Source: a virus
Lineage: Duplodnaviria; Heunggongvirae; Uroviricota; Caudoviricetes
Reading direction: 5' to 3' (one strand)
Virus record (IMG/VR): IMGVR_UViG_3300016667_000484
Location: 64,001 to 128,000 of that record
Length of the DNA stretch: 64,000 nucleotides
Shown piece after piece: positions 17,767 to 27,539 of the stretch. The translations under genes and the position numbers were made by a program. The notes below the pieces were generated by a model. That model was not told the DNA's origin. It did not search any database and was given only the letters and a program-made list of their open reading frames with translations. Each line of letters starts with the position of its first letter. Positions within the stretch are counted from its first letter, which is position 1.

Positions 17767-17938
17767 GTATGGGTGCGTGATATCACGTCTAAACAACGTA
17801 GAGGCAAGTGTGATAGCTTACAAAATCACAGATGGAACAGTTGGGGTCGCATCAAGTATGCCGGTGGGGTTCCGCCCAACATTCACGTATCGTGCACGGT
17901 GAAATGCCGCTCAATTAAGTTTGGGCGGCATTTCCTTT
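17767..17938 (+). ncRNA. Candidate structured non-coding RNA
   Basis: Late-promoter-like GATAAATA upstream, nested stems with G-U pairs, terminal GC-rich hairpin. Confidence 0.45.
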
Positions 17939-17939
17939 T
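17901..17939. terminator. Hairpin terminator between convergent transcripts
   Basis: GAAATGCCGC/GCGGCATTTC stem followed by CTTTT. Confidence 0.7.
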
Positions 17940-18121
17940 GCATGATCGGGATACACCAGAGTGAAGAACGGCGGAGTGAATCCATCGAACCCCGATCCCA
18001 AGTTCAGTGAACGACACAGCTTCACTGCTTCATCCTTATCTTCTCTCGTAGTCACTACCAGCTCAGAACCTTTCTCGATGATCTCGAAGAGGTTCTTTTT
18101 TTCGTTCACTCGGTAACCCAT
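17915..18121 (-). CDS. Small conserved hypothetical protein downstream of gp41
   Basis: LNLGSGFDGFTPPFF motif; RBS GGAG. Confidence 0.55.
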   Translation of the reverse strand: MGYRVNEKKNLFEIIEKGSELVVTTREDKDEAVKLCRSLNLGSGFDGFTPPFFTLVYPDHAKGNAAQT

Positions 18122-18133
18122 GATGTAGTCTCC

Positions 18134-19567
18134 TTAGTTGAAGTTGCCAAAGTTCGGTTTCTTTTTCTTGAAGCTGCTAAGCTTCCGTGGTTCGAAGTCG
18201 TCGTCTTGCATCATGCCCGAGTTGTCAAAGATGGGATGATCTTCTTGCTCGATCTGTTTGGTTCCACCCGTCAAACCTTCTTGAGCAGACTCTTCAGCAT
18301 CAAACAGCTTCATCTTCGAACGATCGATTCCTATGATGAAACGCTTCGGGCTGTCGATGCTTCCCCAACGATTCTTCAGCTGCTTGACCATGAGTTGCCC
18401 GATCTTTTCGAGTTCTTCGGTCGAGATGAGAGCGAACATGAAGTCTGCAGTTGCTGGAAGGCCAAACGACTCTGAGGTGTCGGTGATCTCGACATCAGAG
18501 TTGCCATAACCCGAGCGAGTCGTCTGAGTAGCTGACATGACCGGAACGTTGAATTCCATCGCCAAGCCACGAAGTTCTTCTGCGATCGCTTTGATCAAGG
18601 TGTACGAGTTGATATTCGCACCATGTTTAAGCCGAGACGACATACAGATGTTGAGATAGTCGATGAAGATGATGTCGGGAATGAAGTTTTTCTTGAGCTT
18701 CAGTTCGTTCAGCAAGTGTCGGAAGTGATTTGCACCTGCCGAACCAGTCGGGTATTCCTTGACGATCAGTTTGCCTGAGGTTCTACTCTTCACACGATCG
18801 ATCTTCTTGCGATAAGACTCGAGTGGCATGAGACGCAGGTCATCGAGAGTAACATCGAGAAGGTTGGCGTCGATACGTTCTGCGATGCGTTCTTCGGCCA
18901 TCTCCATCGTGATGTACAGGACGTTCTTACCTGACATCAACGACGCCGCAGCACAGTGAGTCATAAACAGAGTCTTACCTACGCCCGTACCCGCAAGAGC
19001 AACTGACAGCGACTTCTTACTCAAGCCACCCTTCGTGATCTTGTTGAAGTAATCGAGGTCGAACTCAAGTTTTTCTTCGAGACGATGATAGAACTCAAAA
19101 CGTTCATCGGAGTTCTCAAGGAAGTCGTGACCAACGTTCGTGTCGAAGCTTACGCCAAGCGCATCACTCAAGAGCTGAGGGATCGCACCTTTGTCGAGTT
19201 CCTTGACCTTACCATCGAGAACGAGGATCGATTGACGAACTGCGTTGTAGATCGCTTTGTCCTGACAGAACTTTTCAGTCGTGTCGACAAGCCAAGCTTG
19301 GTCAGTCTTCTCATCATAAGTCAAGCCATCTAGCGCAGATGTGACTTGTTTGTAACGTTCTTCGTTCAGGCTGTTCGATTCATCAATCGCGATACGAAGT
19401 GCAGTCTTGGTCGGTAAACCGTTATATTGATCGATGTAGCTCTTGATCGCGTTGTAGAGGAACTTGTCATTCTGATCCTCGAAGTACTCGTCTTTTAGAA
19501 ACGGAAGGACTGTTCTTACATAGCTTTCATTGTGGATCATCCCCGCTAGGATTGTCTGTTCGATCAT
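18134..19567 (-). CDS. gp41: Replicative DNA helicase
   Basis: Walker A LAGTGVGKT, YITMEMAEERIAER, ISESFGLPATAD-like motif. Confidence 0.97.
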   Translation of the reverse strand: MIEQTILAGMIHNESYVRTVLPFLKDEYFEDQNDKFLYNAIKSYIDQYNGLPTKTALRIAIDESNSLNEERYKQVTSALDGLTYDEKTDQAWLVDTTEKFCQDKAIYNAVRQSILVLDGKVKELDKGAIPQLLSDALGVSFDTNVGHDFLENSDERFEFYHRLEEKLEFDLDYFNKITKGGLSKKSLSVALAGTGVGKTLFMTHCAAASLMSGKNVLYITMEMAEERIAERIDANLLDVTLDDLRLMPLESYRKKIDRVKSRTSGKLIVKEYPTGSAGANHFRHLLNELKLKKNFIPDIIFIDYLNICMSSRLKHGANINSYTLIKAIAEELRGLAMEFNVPVMSATQTTRSGYGNSDVEITDTSESFGLPATADFMFALISTEELEKIGQLMVKQLKNRWGSIDSPKRFIIGIDRSKMKLFDAEESAQEGLTGGTKQIEQEDHPIFDNSGMMQDDDFEPRKLSSFKKKKPNFGNFN

Positions 19568-19775
19568 ACGTACCTCTAATGATTTTTACTATGTCTTTCG
19601 AAGAGACGAGCGTGCATTTGGACGAGATTTCATCCATTCGTTTCTTCGGAATGTCGTAGTGATTTTTGTGGAACCAATGGCGACCAATGTTAAGGTCGGC
19701 CGCCATTGCATGGAGATTTTCAATCGAGTATGGAATACAGACTAGGTGTCGCTTTCCATCTGTGACGTACATCAA
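19527..19775 (-). CDS. DUF4031-like small protein
   Basis: HLV...LHAMAADLNIGRHWFHKNHYDI. Confidence 0.55.
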   Translation of the reverse strand: MMYVTDGKRHLVCIPYSIENLHAMAADLNIGRHWFHKNHYDIPKKRMDEISSKCTLVSSKDIVKIIRGTYDRTDNPSGDDPQ

Positions 19776-20851
19776 TCCTCCAGATCTTCGTCCTCGTCAA
19801 AGTCAACTTTCGTGGTCTCGTCACCGAGCAAGGACCGAGTAGCTACAGTGTACCGATCCTTAATATAATCCGCGAAGTTCGTTTTGTCAAACATCATTTT
19901 CCAGAAAGCACCGTTGTCGACGATTTCCTTAGCACGAAGAAGCTTCTCCGACAGGACTTCACCGGTCTCAGCGTTTACCGCTTCATACCAGCCAACCTTT
20001 GGCTTACGAAGGTAACCACCCTCTTCAGCTACTTCCATCAGGCCTGACCACTTTGCGATACCACCTTCGAAGGTAACTGTGATCGGAATAGAAGACTTCT
20101 CACGTACGTGACGAGACTTCTCGATGTTGATGACGAAGTGATAGCCCTTGATCTCGGTGCCTTCCTTCTCCTGACGACGACCAAGAATCCAGATGTTGTC
20201 AGCTGACAGGTAGATACCCGTACCACCCGAGACGATCGCCTTCGGATACAGACCTTGTTCCATGTAGATGTGGTTGACCACGATCATCGGAATGTCTTTC
20301 AAGTTCAGATGCGGAGTGACGATGCGGAAAACCGACTTGAGTTGCTTAGCACGAGACATGTCAGCGACAGACTTACCATCAGCTGCGTCGTCAACTTCTT
20401 TCTTCGAAGCGAGGTTACCGATCGAGTCGATGACGATGATGACGTGATCTTTCTTCTCGATCGCCTCGAGTTGCTGGACGATGTCGAACTTCAGCTCTTC
20501 AATGTTTGTGATAGGAGTGTGAATGACTCGGGACATGTCGATGTCAAACGCTTCGAAGTATGCCTGAGGTGTACCAAATTCCGAGTCATAGAAGAGGATG
20601 ATCGCATCATCGTACTTCTTCTGGTATGCAGCGGCCATTAGCAAAGCGAAGGCCGACTTAAAGTGTTTCGATGGACCTGCGAGCATGGTCAGGCCGGGAA
20701 GAAGCCCGCCGTCGATGCTACCCGAGAGTGCTACGTTGACCATCGGGACTTGAGTAGGAATTGATTCCTTCTTACCAAACACCTTTGAGTCCAGAAGAGG
20801 TGCGGTCATTTTTACTGTAGACGCTTTTAACAACTTATCCATTAGCGACAT
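19772..20851 (-). CDS. uvsX: RecA-like recombinase
   Basis: AGPSKHFKS, DSEFG, IDSIGNLASKKE motifs. Confidence 0.97.
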   Translation of the reverse strand: MSLMDKLLKASTVKMTAPLLDSKVFGKKESIPTQVPMVNVALSGSIDGGLLPGLTMLAGPSKHFKSAFALLMAAAYQKKYDDAIILFYDSEFGTPQAYFEAFDIDMSRVIHTPITNIEELKFDIVQQLEAIEKKDHVIIVIDSIGNLASKKEVDDAADGKSVADMSRAKQLKSVFRIVTPHLNLKDIPMIVVNHIYMEQGLYPKAIVSGGTGIYLSADNIWILGRRQEKEGTEIKGYHFVINIEKSRHVREKSSIPITVTFEGGIAKWSGLMEVAEEGGYLRKPKVGWYEAVNAETGEVLSEKLLRAKEIVDNGAFWKMMFDKTNFADYIKDRYTVATRSLLGDETTKVDFDEDEDLED

Positions 20852-20890
20852 ATGCGATTTTCTCCTATTGTGCGATTGTAGTTCGTTTCT

Positions 20891-23407
20891 TCAACCAAAG
20901 AAACTTTCGAGTGTATTTACGTGTTCGAGCTGCCAGTTGATTGCATCAGACACGAGCTTGAGTGGTTCTTTAAACGTCTTGTCAAACTGTGTGTCGTAGT
21001 CGATGTATCGATGCACGTCGAGTTCTTTTGGAAGGAACTGCGGGAACGCGATAACGTTCGTGCCTAGGGTGTTAGGCATCTTGAGATAACAGAACTTCAC
21101 CTTGTTGCCATTCTTGATCTCATCATCACGAAGCTTTAGCTTTTTGACGTGGTGATTGTAGACGATAGCACCACGAACATGGATCGGGACACCTTTCTTG
21201 AAGAGTGTCGATCGATCTTCCCACTTGTCGATCTCACTGACACCACGAGGAAAGCTTACTTCTTCAGGCTCAAGTCCTTTGAACACCTCATAGAAGTCAG
21301 ACACGAATTTTTGAAGGTCCTTCTCAGTTCCACTCAGCATGAGCTTATACGCTTCTTTGAACTTACCACGTACGATCGCAGGAGTGGAAGACTTAACTGC
21401 TTCGATGCCCATGATCTTCAGCTTGGGTTCTGCGTATTGAACACCTTCGGAGTTGTGAACGTTAAGGATGTATCGCTTCTTTGCGGTCCAGATTCCAGCG
21501 TCCGCGATTGCTTCTCGCTTCATCGCCATAGTGTTCTTGAAGGCGTTCTGCTGTTTGAAGAGAATCTCGTAAGCATCTTCGAGAACTTTCTCAAACTTTT
21601 GATCACATGCTTTGTCAAGGAAACCGACAGGGTCCGATGCTTTGACGTGCTTGACTAGAGGTGCCATGTTGACGTACAGTGAGTCGGTATCCATGTAGAG
21701 TACGTAGTCTACTGCAGCCGTATTCATGATCTTGTTCATAGCGATGTTCATGTACTTCTCAGCCCAACGAATCGAGAGCTGGCCAGAGAGTGTGATACCC
21801 TCTGCGATTCGAATGTCGAAGTACCGGAAGTATTTATTCCCGAGAGCGCCATAAAGTGAGTTCATCAAGATTTTAATTGCTTGCTGAGTGTTGTCAAGCT
21901 GGTTCATCTCGCGCTTGAGTTCATCAGCATGGGTCTCTTCATACTTCTGTTTGACACCAAGCATCTTCTTCTTAGTTGCCTTACGCTCGGCGTAGTAGTT
22001 CTCAATGATCTCGGGAAGGAAGCCTTGCTTGTCCTTTCGGAACATGACACCATTCGCCGCCACTGCAACATCCATCTTACGAATTTCTTCTGGAAGATCA
22101 ATGCCTTTCAGATAAAAGTCGACGTCACATGGCATGCCATAAGAGGCGTTGTCAACGATGGTCTCAGGTGACATGTTGTATTGAACAATCGTCATCGGAT
22201 ACAGAGAGTTCAAGTCGAAAGACACGACCCACTCATGCCGACCAACCTGCGGATCCTTGACGTAACCGCCCGGATACTCTGGACGATGCTTGTCCTCAGA
22301 AGGTGGGATCGCGATGTTCTTTTGGCTGAGATAACGATAGATGATCGAGTCCCAGATCGCAGTCGTACCGAGAGTGTCAGGATAGTTGACACCGCCCTTG
22401 TATGCGATGATCAGTGCCAGAGCCAACAGACCAGTTTGTGCTTCCAGCTTATCAACAAGGACAACGTCTCGAATGTTATAGTCGATGAACTTCTGGTGAT
22501 CCTGTTCGTACAGGTTATGAAGCGAACCGTACTCTTCGTATGAAAGTTTACGCTCACCGAGGATCACGTGAGAGATGTGGTCAAGTGAGTAAGACTCTTG
22601 AGGACCATACACATATCCAAACTTCTGGAACAAGTCCATGTAGTCAAGTTGATGAACACCGTAGATCTCGTAAGCGTCAAGCGACTTACCCTTCACACCG
22701 ATCTGACGATAGTTCACGATGTTCCAAGGCGAGAGCTTCTTCGCCCACTCCTCGCCGAGAAGCTTGGTGATACGGTTGACCAGATACGGGATGTCGAAGA
22801 GTCGAACGTTCCAACCGGTGATGACGTCAGGATAATGCTCTTCCCAATACGTCAGGAACTTCATTAACAGCTCGTTCTCATCGGTACACTTCACGTATCG
22901 AACGAGGCAACCTTCAGGAATACCCTTTGCTTTGCTTGCGTCGTAGTGCTTCAATCCCCAGACGTGGTAGACCGAGCTCTTGCTGTTCTTCATCGTGATC
23001 GATGTGACAGGGTAGCGTGCTTGTTCAGGGAACGGGAAACCATCATCGGACTTGACTTCGATGTCAATGTTGCCGATTGCGATGTGACTCAGGTTAACCT
23101 TGATGTCACCCGGAAAACGTTCGTTGATGAACTGTGCGACGTAGTTGTTGTTTCCAAAGACCTTGAAGTTATCGACGTCTTTGTAAGTCTCGAAGAACTC
23201 TTTTGCATCGTTGATCGAGTCGAACTTCATGGGCTCGACCTTCGTACCATCGAGTGAAGTCCATTGACCTGTCCAGTGACCTTCCTTGGCCTTTACATAG
23301 AAAGTTGGTGCAAACTTGACTCTTTCATGAATTCTCGTACCATTGTCAGTGTATCCACGATATAGAATGCTGCCGCCCATGCGGTGCACAGAAGTATAGA
23401 ACGTCAT
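20891..23407 (-). CDS. gp43: Family B DNA polymerase
   Basis: Exo DIEV; SFDLNSLYP, KILMNSLYGALGN, YMDTDS, KKRY; start MTFYTS at 23407. Confidence 0.98.
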   Translation of the reverse strand: MTFYTSVHRMGGSILYRGYTDNGTRIHERVKFAPTFYVKAKEGHWTGQWTSLDGTKVEPMKFDSINDAKEFFETYKDVDNFKVFGNNNYVAQFINERFPGDIKVNLSHIAIGNIDIEVKSDDGFPFPEQARYPVTSITMKNSKSSVYHVWGLKHYDASKAKGIPEGCLVRYVKCTDENELLMKFLTYWEEHYPDVITGWNVRLFDIPYLVNRITKLLGEEWAKKLSPWNIVNYRQIGVKGKSLDAYEIYGVHQLDYMDLFQKFGYVYGPQESYSLDHISHVILGERKLSYEEYGSLHNLYEQDHQKFIDYNIRDVVLVDKLEAQTGLLALALIIAYKGGVNYPDTLGTTAIWDSIIYRYLSQKNIAIPPSEDKHRPEYPGGYVKDPQVGRHEWVVSFDLNSLYPMTIVQYNMSPETIVDNASYGMPCDVDFYLKGIDLPEEIRKMDVAVAANGVMFRKDKQGFLPEIIENYYAERKATKKKMLGVKQKYEETHADELKREMNQLDNTQQAIKILMNSLYGALGNKYFRYFDIRIAEGITLSGQLSIRWAEKYMNIAMNKIMNTAAVDYVLYMDTDSLYVNMAPLVKHVKASDPVGFLDKACDQKFEKVLEDAYEILFKQQNAFKNTMAMKREAIADAGIWTAKKRYILNVHNSEGVQYAEPKLKIMGIEAVKSSTPAIVRGKFKEAYKLMLSGTEKDLQKFVSDFYEVFKGLEPEEVSFPRGVSEIDKWEDRSTLFKKGVPIHVRGAIVYNHHVKKLKLRDDEIKNGNKVKFCYLKMPNTLGTNVIAFPQFLPKELDVHRYIDYDTQFDKTFKEPLKLVSDAINWQLEHVNTLESFFG

Positions 23408-23465
23408 GAAAACTCCTTTGATAGAACAAGTCCAGTATACACCATCTAGCATGAGGTGTCAACTA

Positions 23466-23489
23466 CTTAGGGGTCCGAAGACCCCTAAG
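23466..23489 (-). terminator. Stem-loop with C(UUCG)G tetraloop
   Basis: 10-bp stem between hsp20 and the gp43 promoter. Confidence 0.6.
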
Positions 23490-23509
23490 CATTTACTTTT
23501 TACTCTGTG

Positions 23510-23956
23510 TTACTCGCTAAGGTAACCGTAAGAACCTTTGCTTGGCGCTGGTTCATTGATGTCAACCTTCTTCGCTTTCTTCTCTGGGACGATGTTGTCG
23601 AGGAAGATGCGAAGCATGCCGTTGATCAACTCTGCGTTCTTGATCTCAACCGTATCGGCGAGTGTGAACGCACGGGCAAATGGACGCTCAGCGATACCCT
23701 TGAACAGATAGTTCTTCTCGTCGCCCGAGTTCGCGATGTTGCCGTTGATCTTCAGGGTGTTGTCTTCGAGTGTGATCTCGATGTCTTGCTTACCGAATCC
23801 AGCTACGGCCATCTCGATTACGTAGGTGTTCTCACCGGTCTTCTTGATGTTATATGGCGGGTAAGTGATTGCCTTTGTAGCTTGAGCCTGAAGTTCTTTG
23901 AACTGATCGAAGAACTTGTCGAAGCCAATGGCGAATGGGTCGAATTGATTAGTCAT
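23510..23956 (-). CDS. hsp20: Small heat shock protein (IbpA/Hsp20 family)
   Basis: YPPYNI, EMAVAGF, YLFKGIAER, NGML motifs. Confidence 0.93.
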   Translation of the reverse strand: MTNQFDPFAIGFDKFFDQFKELQAQATKAITYPPYNIKKTGENTYVIEMAVAGFGKQDIEITLEDNTLKINGNIANSGDEKNYLFKGIAERPFARAFTLADTVEIKNAELINGMLRIFLDNIVPEKKAKKVDINEPAPSKGSYGYLSE

Positions 23957-24014
23957 GTATATGCCTCCTAATTTAGCAAGGATAAAGGTGGGACCCGTTA
24001 TGGCATCCCACCCT

Positions 24015-24022
24015 TATTTATA
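24015..24022 (-). promoter_or_regulatory. T4-type late promoter TATAAATA
   Basis: Exact consensus upstream of hsp20. Confidence 0.75.
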
Positions 24023-24045
24023 CACCAGATCCGTAGATCTGTCAA

Positions 24046-24441
24046 TCACTTTCTTTTGCCGATGGAGTACTTTGGAACCAATTCCCATTCGTTCTTCTCC
24101 TTATGTGGAAGTACTTTGATCTGTGAAAGAGGTGCTACTGGATCTTGTACAGACTCAGGCTTTACTGCTTTCACGAGTCCCCACTCTTCAAGGAGGTTCA
24201 CGATAGTATTTCGGCGGGCGGCGTCTTCATCAGACAAAGTGTTGGCTTTGCCATCGAGGATGAAGAGCTCTTTGAAGTGAACAATGTAATACTTCCCCTG
24301 CTTATGCAGGATGTGGCACGATTGGTACAACACCTTATCTTTCTTCGAAGCTACTCCAATGCGAGTTAGAGTCTCCTTCACTTTCAAGAAAGAATCTTGT
24401 GTTGGTAGCTCAACCTCCACGAGACTATCTACAATATTCAT
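24046..24441 (-). CDS. regA: Translational repressor RegA
   Basis: FLKVKETLTRIGVAS...LYQSCHILHKQGKYYIVHFKELF. Confidence 0.97.
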   Translation of the reverse strand: MNIVDSLVEVELPTQDSFLKVKETLTRIGVASKKDKVLYQSCHILHKQGKYYIVHFKELFILDGKANTLSDEDAARRNTIVNLLEEWGLVKAVKPESVQDPVAPLSQIKVLPHKEKNEWELVPKYSIGKRK

Positions 24442-24833
24442 TGCTTTCCACCTTTATGTCGTCGTTTACGCAACGATTCTAGTTGTTCTTCCGACAGTAA
24501 AGCTAGATATTCTTTGCCGATAGTCCTATTGCACAAGTACATCTCACAAACAAGATCTAGATCTTCATCCGCCGTCGCTTTAGCCCATTTACGGAATGGC
24601 CGTTTCTTGGACCTAACTGTATTTATAGCAATCTCATATTGAGCGCGCTTTGGCAGATAATGAAGACCATTGATCAGGTTCGCGATGAGGATCGTATCTT
24701 CGTGTTGAGACAACGCAAGGTTCGTCAGCCAAGGATTGTAACCATCCTCGGCCAACTTGTCATTCTCTGAACCCCTCATCATGTTGTCCTTCGTCTGAAG
24801 GATGCTGTTCACATATTCAAAGGGATTCGTCAT
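24438..24833 (-). CDS. gp62: Clamp loader small subunit
   Basis: NPFEYVNSI...YNPWLTNLALS; position between gp44 and regA. Confidence 0.85.
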   Translation of the reverse strand: MTNPFEYVNSILQTKDNMMRGSENDKLAEDGYNPWLTNLALSQHEDTILIANLINGLHYLPKRAQYEIAINTVRSKKRPFRKWAKATADEDLDLVCEMYLCNRTIGKEYLALLSEEQLESLRKRRHKGGKQ

Positions 24834-25011
24834 ACTCATCATCCTTTTCGTTGTCAATAGTGTCAGAACACTTGAGACACAAGTAAGCAGTGCCGATCGT
24901 TCCGCCGTTTTCTCCGTAACGATACTTCACCTGTGAAAACTTGTCGTCTTTGATTGTCTTTTCACATATCAAACACTTTGGCAGCTCTTTCTTCTTAAAC
25001 CATCCGAGCAT
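24817..25011 (-). CDS. Small Cys-motif protein
   Basis: CLIC and CLKC pairs. Confidence 0.4.
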   Translation of the reverse strand: MLGWFKKKELPKCLICEKTIKDDKFSQVKYRYGENGGTIGTAYLCLKCSDTIDNEKDDEYDESL

Positions 25012-25012
25012 A

Positions 25013-25963
25013 TCATTTCCAATCATTCAACTCGGCCATCAGTGTAACCAATGCGGCCATTCGGTTGATCTCAGGATTTGCTACGAACGCTTCTTTGTAT
25101 TCGTGCTCGGCCAAGATGATGATAGAGTCAGCGACGGAAGAAGTGCTGTTGAGCTTCAACGGTAGGATGTCGTAGAGAGCACGATAGAGTGTAGCCGAAT
25201 CGATGTCAGAGTGTTCGGCAACCCACTTACGTACGTCCGCGAACTTCTTGTTTTTCAAGAACATCACAAGTTCTTCGATAGTTTCACTTGACTTGTTGCG
25301 AAGAACGCCTGCGTCGATCGCACCAGTTGCAGCGTATCGCTGAAGTTCGTTGAGAACTCGACGCCAATCTGGGAAGTACGAGTTGATGAGTTCAGCGACT
25401 GCCTTCTGATCATACTTCACATGTTCTGTGTCAAGGATACCAAGGGTACGCTTGAAGAACTGAGCGGCGAGCTTCGGGCGATCTTCTGGTCGGATATTGA
25501 AGTTAACTACCGAACACCGAGAGTGAAGAGGCTCGATGATACGATTGACAAAGTTACAAGTCAGGATGAACCCGCAGTTCTTCGAGAACTCTTCCATGAA
25601 GTTACGAAGTGCAGGCTGAGTTGAGTTCGCGTTGAGATAGTCAGCCTCGTCGAGGATGACGTACTTACGTCCACCACTGAACGAAACAGTTGAAGCAAAG
25701 TTTTGGATGTCGACGCGAAGTGTGTCGATGTTGCCATTCATAGAACCGTTGATGACGATGTAGTCAGCACCGAGTTCGTCAAGCATCGCTCGAGCGATAG
25801 TGGTTTTACCCACACCTGCACGACCAGCGAGCAAAAGATTCGGAACATTCTTGTCATCCACGAACCTTTGGAAAGTGTCCTTCAAATCTTTTGGAAGGAT
25901 GGTATCAGCAACAGTACGAGGACGATACTTTTGACACCACAAATATTCATTCACGTCATTCAT
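25013..25963 (-). CDS. gp44: Clamp loader large subunit
   Basis: QKYRP, GRAGVGKTT, ILDEAD, SRC motifs. Confidence 0.96.
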   Translation of the reverse strand: MNDVNEYLWCQKYRPRTVADTILPKDLKDTFQRFVDDKNVPNLLLAGRAGVGKTTIARAMLDELGADYIVINGSMNGNIDTLRVDIQNFASTVSFSGGRKYVILDEADYLNANSTQPALRNFMEEFSKNCGFILTCNFVNRIIEPLHSRCSVVNFNIRPEDRPKLAAQFFKRTLGILDTEHVKYDQKAVAELINSYFPDWRRVLNELQRYAATGAIDAGVLRNKSSETIEELVMFLKNKKFADVRKWVAEHSDIDSATLYRALYDILPLKLNSTSSVADSIIILAEHEYKEAFVANPEINRMAALVTLMAELNDWK

Positions 25964-26567
25964 TATGTAGTACTCCATGTTTCTTGATGTAGTTCGGAGA
26001 GTGTCCGGTGTTTCTAGATGCTGCAGCCACAGATGGGTATTCTACACCATCATACGTTACACGTACACTGTTTTTTGGTGTTTTACCAAACATACCATTA
26101 GATGATCCAGATATGGTCTTACTTCTGACTTCCCTGTCCTCTTTAGACATATTAGACCAAAATTCTTTACGTTTAGACGATTGTTTGAGTTTAGTTTCTT
26201 CGGAGTGCGTTTTTCCGCGCATTCTGCCTCCCGGATACTCAGTGCGGTTTGCGTGATGTTTAGCAATTGCTTCTAGGAAATTTGGTGATGAAGATGTATC
26301 ACCACCATCTCCACCTTCAGTCATATTGTATTCTGGCTTAAGCGCTCTTATCCAAAACTTTTCACGTTCGTCTAAGTCATGGTTAACATGTTCCAAGACC
26401 TCTATGAGAAAATTTTCAAAACCATATTTTCTCATAGATCTGTACAGATACGTATTTCCACCAGAGTGATTATATCGATGTTTAGCGAATCGTTCTTCGA
26501 TCGATTTAGTGGTTTTGCCTACGTAAAATTTTCCGTTGACTTGGTTTACAATCTTATATATGATCAT
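25956..26567 (-). mobile_element. Free-standing GIY-YIG (Seg-like) homing endonuclease
   Basis: IIYKIVN...FYVGKT, YNMTEGGDGG, NUMOD3 RGKTHSEETK, NGMFGK. Confidence 0.88.
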
Positions 26568-26596
26568 GGCTATCTCCAATTATCGTCCTATGACAA

Positions 26597-26604
26597 TATT
26601 TATA
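26597..26604 (-). promoter_or_regulatory. T4-type late promoter TATAAATA
   Basis: Upstream of GIY-YIG gene. Confidence 0.75.
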
Positions 26605-26622
26605 AGATAGTAGATTTATGAT

Positions 26623-26654
26623 AAAAGAAGGGTACGGAGTTCATCCCGTACCCT
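26623..26654 (-). terminator. Rho-independent terminator
   Basis: 9-bp stem AGGGTACGG/CCGTACCCT followed by TCTTTT. Confidence 0.7.
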
Positions 26655-26669
26655 GTAGTAAGGGTTATC

Positions 26670-26873
26670 TTATTCCGAGTCGGCTTCGGTGTCAACCGAT
26701 TCTTCCGAGGAAACTTCGGCGGACTGGGCTTCTTGAGCGGCCTTGACGAACGAAGCACATTTGTCACGAAGTTGACCCACTTGACTCAGTTCATCTCCAC
26801 GGAACGCGCCACGAGCGCTGACGATGTCGATGATTTGAACCATTGCTGCGATGTCGTTGAGGGTAAGTTGCAT
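26670..26873 (-). CDS. Small conserved hypothetical protein
   Basis: IDIVSARGAFRGDELSQVGQLRDK motif recalled downstream of gp45 in T4-like phages. Confidence 0.6.
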   Translation of the reverse strand: MQLTLNDIAAMVQIIDIVSARGAFRGDELSQVGQLRDKCASFVKAAQEAQSAEVSSEESVDTEADSE

Positions 26874-26885
26874 AGTATGTTCTCC

Positions 26886-27536
26886 TTATTTTGCTTCAAG
26901 TGCGATGTAGTATTCAGCTTTGCTCGATTTGAAGTGAGCAAGACCACGAGTCGACAACGAGACGTCGTAATCGTTTTGCATCAGTCGAAGGTTCTCGACT
27001 TTGATGATCATCCGGAATTCTGGGATGCTGAGGCTTTCTGCGATGACGATTTCGTACGCGTCAGCAGTAGGGTTCTTCGAATCAACCGCTGACATTGAGA
27101 TGGACGATCCATCGCTTGTGAAAGCGATCTCCGCGAGCTTCAGGACGCCTGCAGCCTTGATTACAGAGTCAAGTTCTTTCCACTTGATGTTGACCGTTGC
27201 TTCAGGAGTCGGGAACTTGATGTCCTTGTCAGGCGGAGACACGACCATCGCTTCAGCTGCGTAAGTATACGAGACCTTACTCTTGCCGGACGAAATGATA
27301 AACTTGTCAGCTAGGAACTCGACGTCGGGATCATCGAAGAGAGACAGAGTGGCCAAGAAACGAGACAGGTCGTAAACCCGAGCTGTTCCCTGGAAGTTCT
27401 CAGCGACTGTAGCAGAAGCCATCACGGTTTTCTGGGGGTGCATCGTGCGGATGACCGACCCTGGTTTGAAAACCAGCCCAGAGTTGATGGTCGAAAAGTT
27501 CTTAAGAACACCGATAGTTTCGTTGCTAAATTTCAT
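26886..27536 (-). CDS. gp45: Sliding clamp
   Basis: MKFSNETIGVLKNFSTINSGL...IYDL-like YDLSRFL; position before gp44. Confidence 0.95.
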   Translation of the reverse strand: MKFSNETIGVLKNFSTINSGLVFKPGSVIRTMHPQKTVMASATVAENFQGTARVYDLSRFLATLSLFDDPDVEFLADKFIISSGKSKVSYTYAAEAMVVSPPDKDIKFPTPEATVNIKWKELDSVIKAAGVLKLAEIAFTSDGSSISMSAVDSKNPTADAYEIVIAESLSIPEFRMIIKVENLRLMQNDYDVSLSTRGLAHFKSSKAEYYIALEAK

Positions 27537-27539
27537 GAT

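Noticed and set aside
17102-17938. Group I intron containing the GIY-YIG gene
   Set aside because: No interrupted host gene on the plus strand and no recognisable P7 (GACUA) core
17773-17964. Plus-strand 63-aa ORF
   Set aside because: No RBS, no protein-like features, runs through a terminator and into a convergent gene; the region is better explained as structured RNA
20891-23407. Intein or intron in DNA polymerase, helicase or UvsX
   Set aside because: ORFs are continuous and of normal length with no splicing motifs
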